From the human T2T-CHM13v2.0 reference genome, Homo sapiens, in NCBI RefSeq assembly GCF_009914755.1, contig NC_060931.1: a DNA stretch of 64,000 nucleotides; one strand, written 5' to 3'. The position numbers were made by a program, and so were the translations under genes. Below are positions 62,401 to 64,000 of the stretch, piece after piece (position 1 is the first letter of the stretch; the number at the start of each line of letters is the position of its first letter). The notes under the pieces were generated by a model, which saw nothing but the letters and a program-made list of their open reading frames with translations, was not told where the DNA came from and made no database searches.

Positions 62401-62499
62401 TTTGCTCTGATCCTTTAGTTTAGGCTCCTAGGAGACTTGATTCTGGCTGACGTGCTGCGACTGTCATCTTTCAGATCAGAGTAACTCTGAGTCTGGTGG

Positions 62500-63100
62500 G
62501 AGTGTCTTCCCCCGACACCCCGTATACCTCCGCTTTAAGATGAGAGAATCTTCTGTCGGTGCTAGCGTTCAGCGGCTAACGGAGGTGAGCTGGACACACG
62601 TTCCCCAACACCCTCCTCCTGGCCCGCGACCTAGATCCCCACCGGTCCCCACCATCATACCGGGGGCCGGGCCCGCCGCGGGGAGGTAGATGGCGGGCGG
62701 CGCAGCCACAGCCCCGGCCCCGCCGCCTTCCACTTTGCGCTCGCGGGCCCCAGAACTCGTCCGCCGGACAGCCAATCGCGCCTCGCTCCTTGCCCACAGC
62801 CATTGCCGTCCACCCCGGAAGTAGCCCTTCTCCAGACGTAAGACCCGCCCCACCCACGCGCGCGCCGCAGTTTGGGGGCGGAGCCCGCCGCAGACCCCGC
62901 CCCTTCTCCTTTCCGACTGGGCAGGCGGGGCAGGAGGGGCGGCTACCACGCGGGAGCACCCATGGCGCATGCTCTCTGGTGGGCTAGTCTTCGGACGGCG
63001 GCCTGCGGAGGTCGGGTGAGAGGGTGATCGCGCTGCTGAAAGCCGACTGCGCCTACGTGGACTGCGGGTTCGCTCCGGGCCGCTCCTCCCTGCTGTTCAC
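62500..63100. promoter_or_regulatory. CpG island with promoter motifs
   Basis: High CpG; CCAAT 62772-62776, CCGGAAGT 62815-62822, several GGGCGG/CCGCCC, GCGCATGC 62965-62972. Confidence 0.75.
62645..62995 (-). pseudogene. diverged duplicate of EIF2AK1 promoter + exon 1 (gene fragment; CpG island)
   Basis: 62647-62755 aligns to 38761-38870 at about 90/110 positions by hand; translates ...[11 protein letters not shown]...; ETS, GC-box and GCGCATGC order preserved; HRI ATG deleted. Confidence 0.9.
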
Positions 63101-63296
63101 GAGGAAACCTAAAGTCTGTGTTGACCCATGAAACCTGATCTCGTTCTTTCTCCCCTCCTGAGAGTTTACCAGCTGAGTTTCCTGACTTTTATATTCGTTA
63201 ACACTAACATATATAGAAATATAAATAAAATACAGTATACCTGTATATGCAAGTTGCAGAACAACACATAAAATAACATATTCTGTGAGACAATAA

Positions 63297-64000
<704 letters not shown>

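Noticed and set aside
62569-62970. 133-aa ORF containing [11 protein letters not shown] as an HRI paralogue protein
   Set aside because: Its ATG lies upstream of the likely TSS/ETS motif, this frame is out of phase at the donor after a 1-nt deletion, and I saw no duplicated downstream exons in the window.

Overview
Human-type, very Alu-rich genomic DNA that I recognise as the AIMP2-EIF2AK1-ANKRD61 locus (7p22.1; identified from the translated exons, not from a search). It holds: (1) the last coding exon and 3' end of AIMP2 (+). (2) The complete 15-exon EIF2AK1/HRI gene (-, CDS 38884->4449). All junctions were read as GT-AG and the exons sum to 1893 nt = 630 aa + stop; its 3' end overlaps AIMP2 tail-to-tail. 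(3) The 3-exon ANKRD61 gene (+, 1257 nt = 418 aa + stop), nested antisense inside EIF2AK1 intron 11. (4) U6 and 7SL retropseudogenes, Tigger2, MER47, MER58, LTR/ERVL/MaLR, L1, L2 and MIR remnants, and many dozens of Alus. The best leads are: a diverged, still CpG-rich duplicate of the EIF2AK1 promoter + exon 1 about 24 kb upstream (~62.6-63.0 kb) that lost the HRI ATG but has a new ATG in phase with a retained donor; a SOCS-box-like C-terminus in ANKRD61 (possible ASB-type E3 adaptor); a double GATA1::TAL1 composite motif in HRI intron 1; and a poly(A)-tailed, TSD-flanked insert with H/ACA snoRNA-like boxes. Repeat family names and boundaries are by eye and approximate.
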